This document shows positions 63,331-64,000 of a stretch of 64,000 nucleotides of DNA, piece after piece. Under the pieces are notes generated by a model. It was not told the origin of the DNA and ran no database searches. It saw only the letters and a list, made by a program, of their open reading frames with translations. Position 1 is the stretch's first letter; every line of letters begins with the position of its first letter. A program made the translations under genes and the position numbers. Origin of the DNA: Eledone cirrhosa (taxonomy: Eukaryota); contig OZ024743.1 in NCBI GenBank assembly GCA_964016885.1, positions 187,116,001-187,180,000 on the forward strand. Reading direction: 5' to 3'.

Positions 63331-64000
63331 TTTCGTCCGGAATTATTTACTACTTTTTGTATATCCTAATAGAAAGTGACAAATAGCTTTGCATTATTTA
63401 TGAAAACTTTTGCATCTTATATTTATAATCTTTCAAAAATACAATCAACATTCGAAACATTTTGTCATTTATAAAATAACTACTAATATAGGTAAATGTT
63501 AAATAGATTTGAGTTGGTTTTGATGTTGCATGTTTTAGTTGCTCAATCAGCTGAATTGTCAATGCATGAAATTAGCATGTAAGTGGCTGAGCATTCCAAA
63601 GAAATATGTACATTTGACTTACTTCTCAGGGCAATACAGCATGGCAGTATGTGCATTAGTAATTGGAGCATTCATGGTTGGATATTGTTATACTCAATAG
63701 AGGGGAAATATTTTGTTGGTTAGTCGATGATGCTAGTGCATTTGATACTCTGGAATCGCCACAAACTCATCTCCTGGGTTGTAATAGGAGCGATAGGGAG
63801 AGTAGATAGAAGTTTGACTGGTTGGTTGAAGATGTTAAATATAGAGATTAAGTGTCTGACTCTACAAAAGGCTTGCAATAACGACACCACCAACATTATT
63901 AATAAAATCATCAACAACAACATCAAAAACAATAACAATTGCCTCAGTCTATAAGGCTGCCCAGCTTTAGCCAAGAAAGAATATAACTGCAGACATGACA

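Overview
AT-rich, microsatellite-dense animal genomic DNA with no host gene exon I can support. The SINE and LINE content resembles octopod cephalopod DNA, but that is inference. The window is almost entirely transposable elements: (1) a young 4.2-kb Ty3/Gypsy-type LTR element (24328-28523, minus) with a 5-bp TSD, a G_GGA_AAC slippery site plus pseudoknot, and a non-canonical PBS; (2) a near-full-length frameshifted RTE LINE (59688-63330) with a PHD-like finger, plus several RTE fragments; (3) four CRE-like fragments carrying the restriction-like endonuclease; (4) more than 15 SINEs, including a 113-bp tandem array born from a SINE; (5) a Helitron-like element, a piggyBac-like MITE and a pogo/Tigger remnant; and (6) many Penelope-like element (PLE) pieces. 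The most striking pattern is about 8 fold-back insertions, mostly in (TA)n tracts. Each is two 5'-truncated copies fused 5'-to-5' with their 3' ends pointing outward, and only one arm carries an extra 3' tail (usually 50-95 nt). In the two families seen twice, the arm endpoints recur. About 10 hammerhead-ribozyme motifs can be read in these 3' ends, and in three pairs the motif is intact in one arm and broken in the other. All calls are by eye; no alignment or folding program was run.
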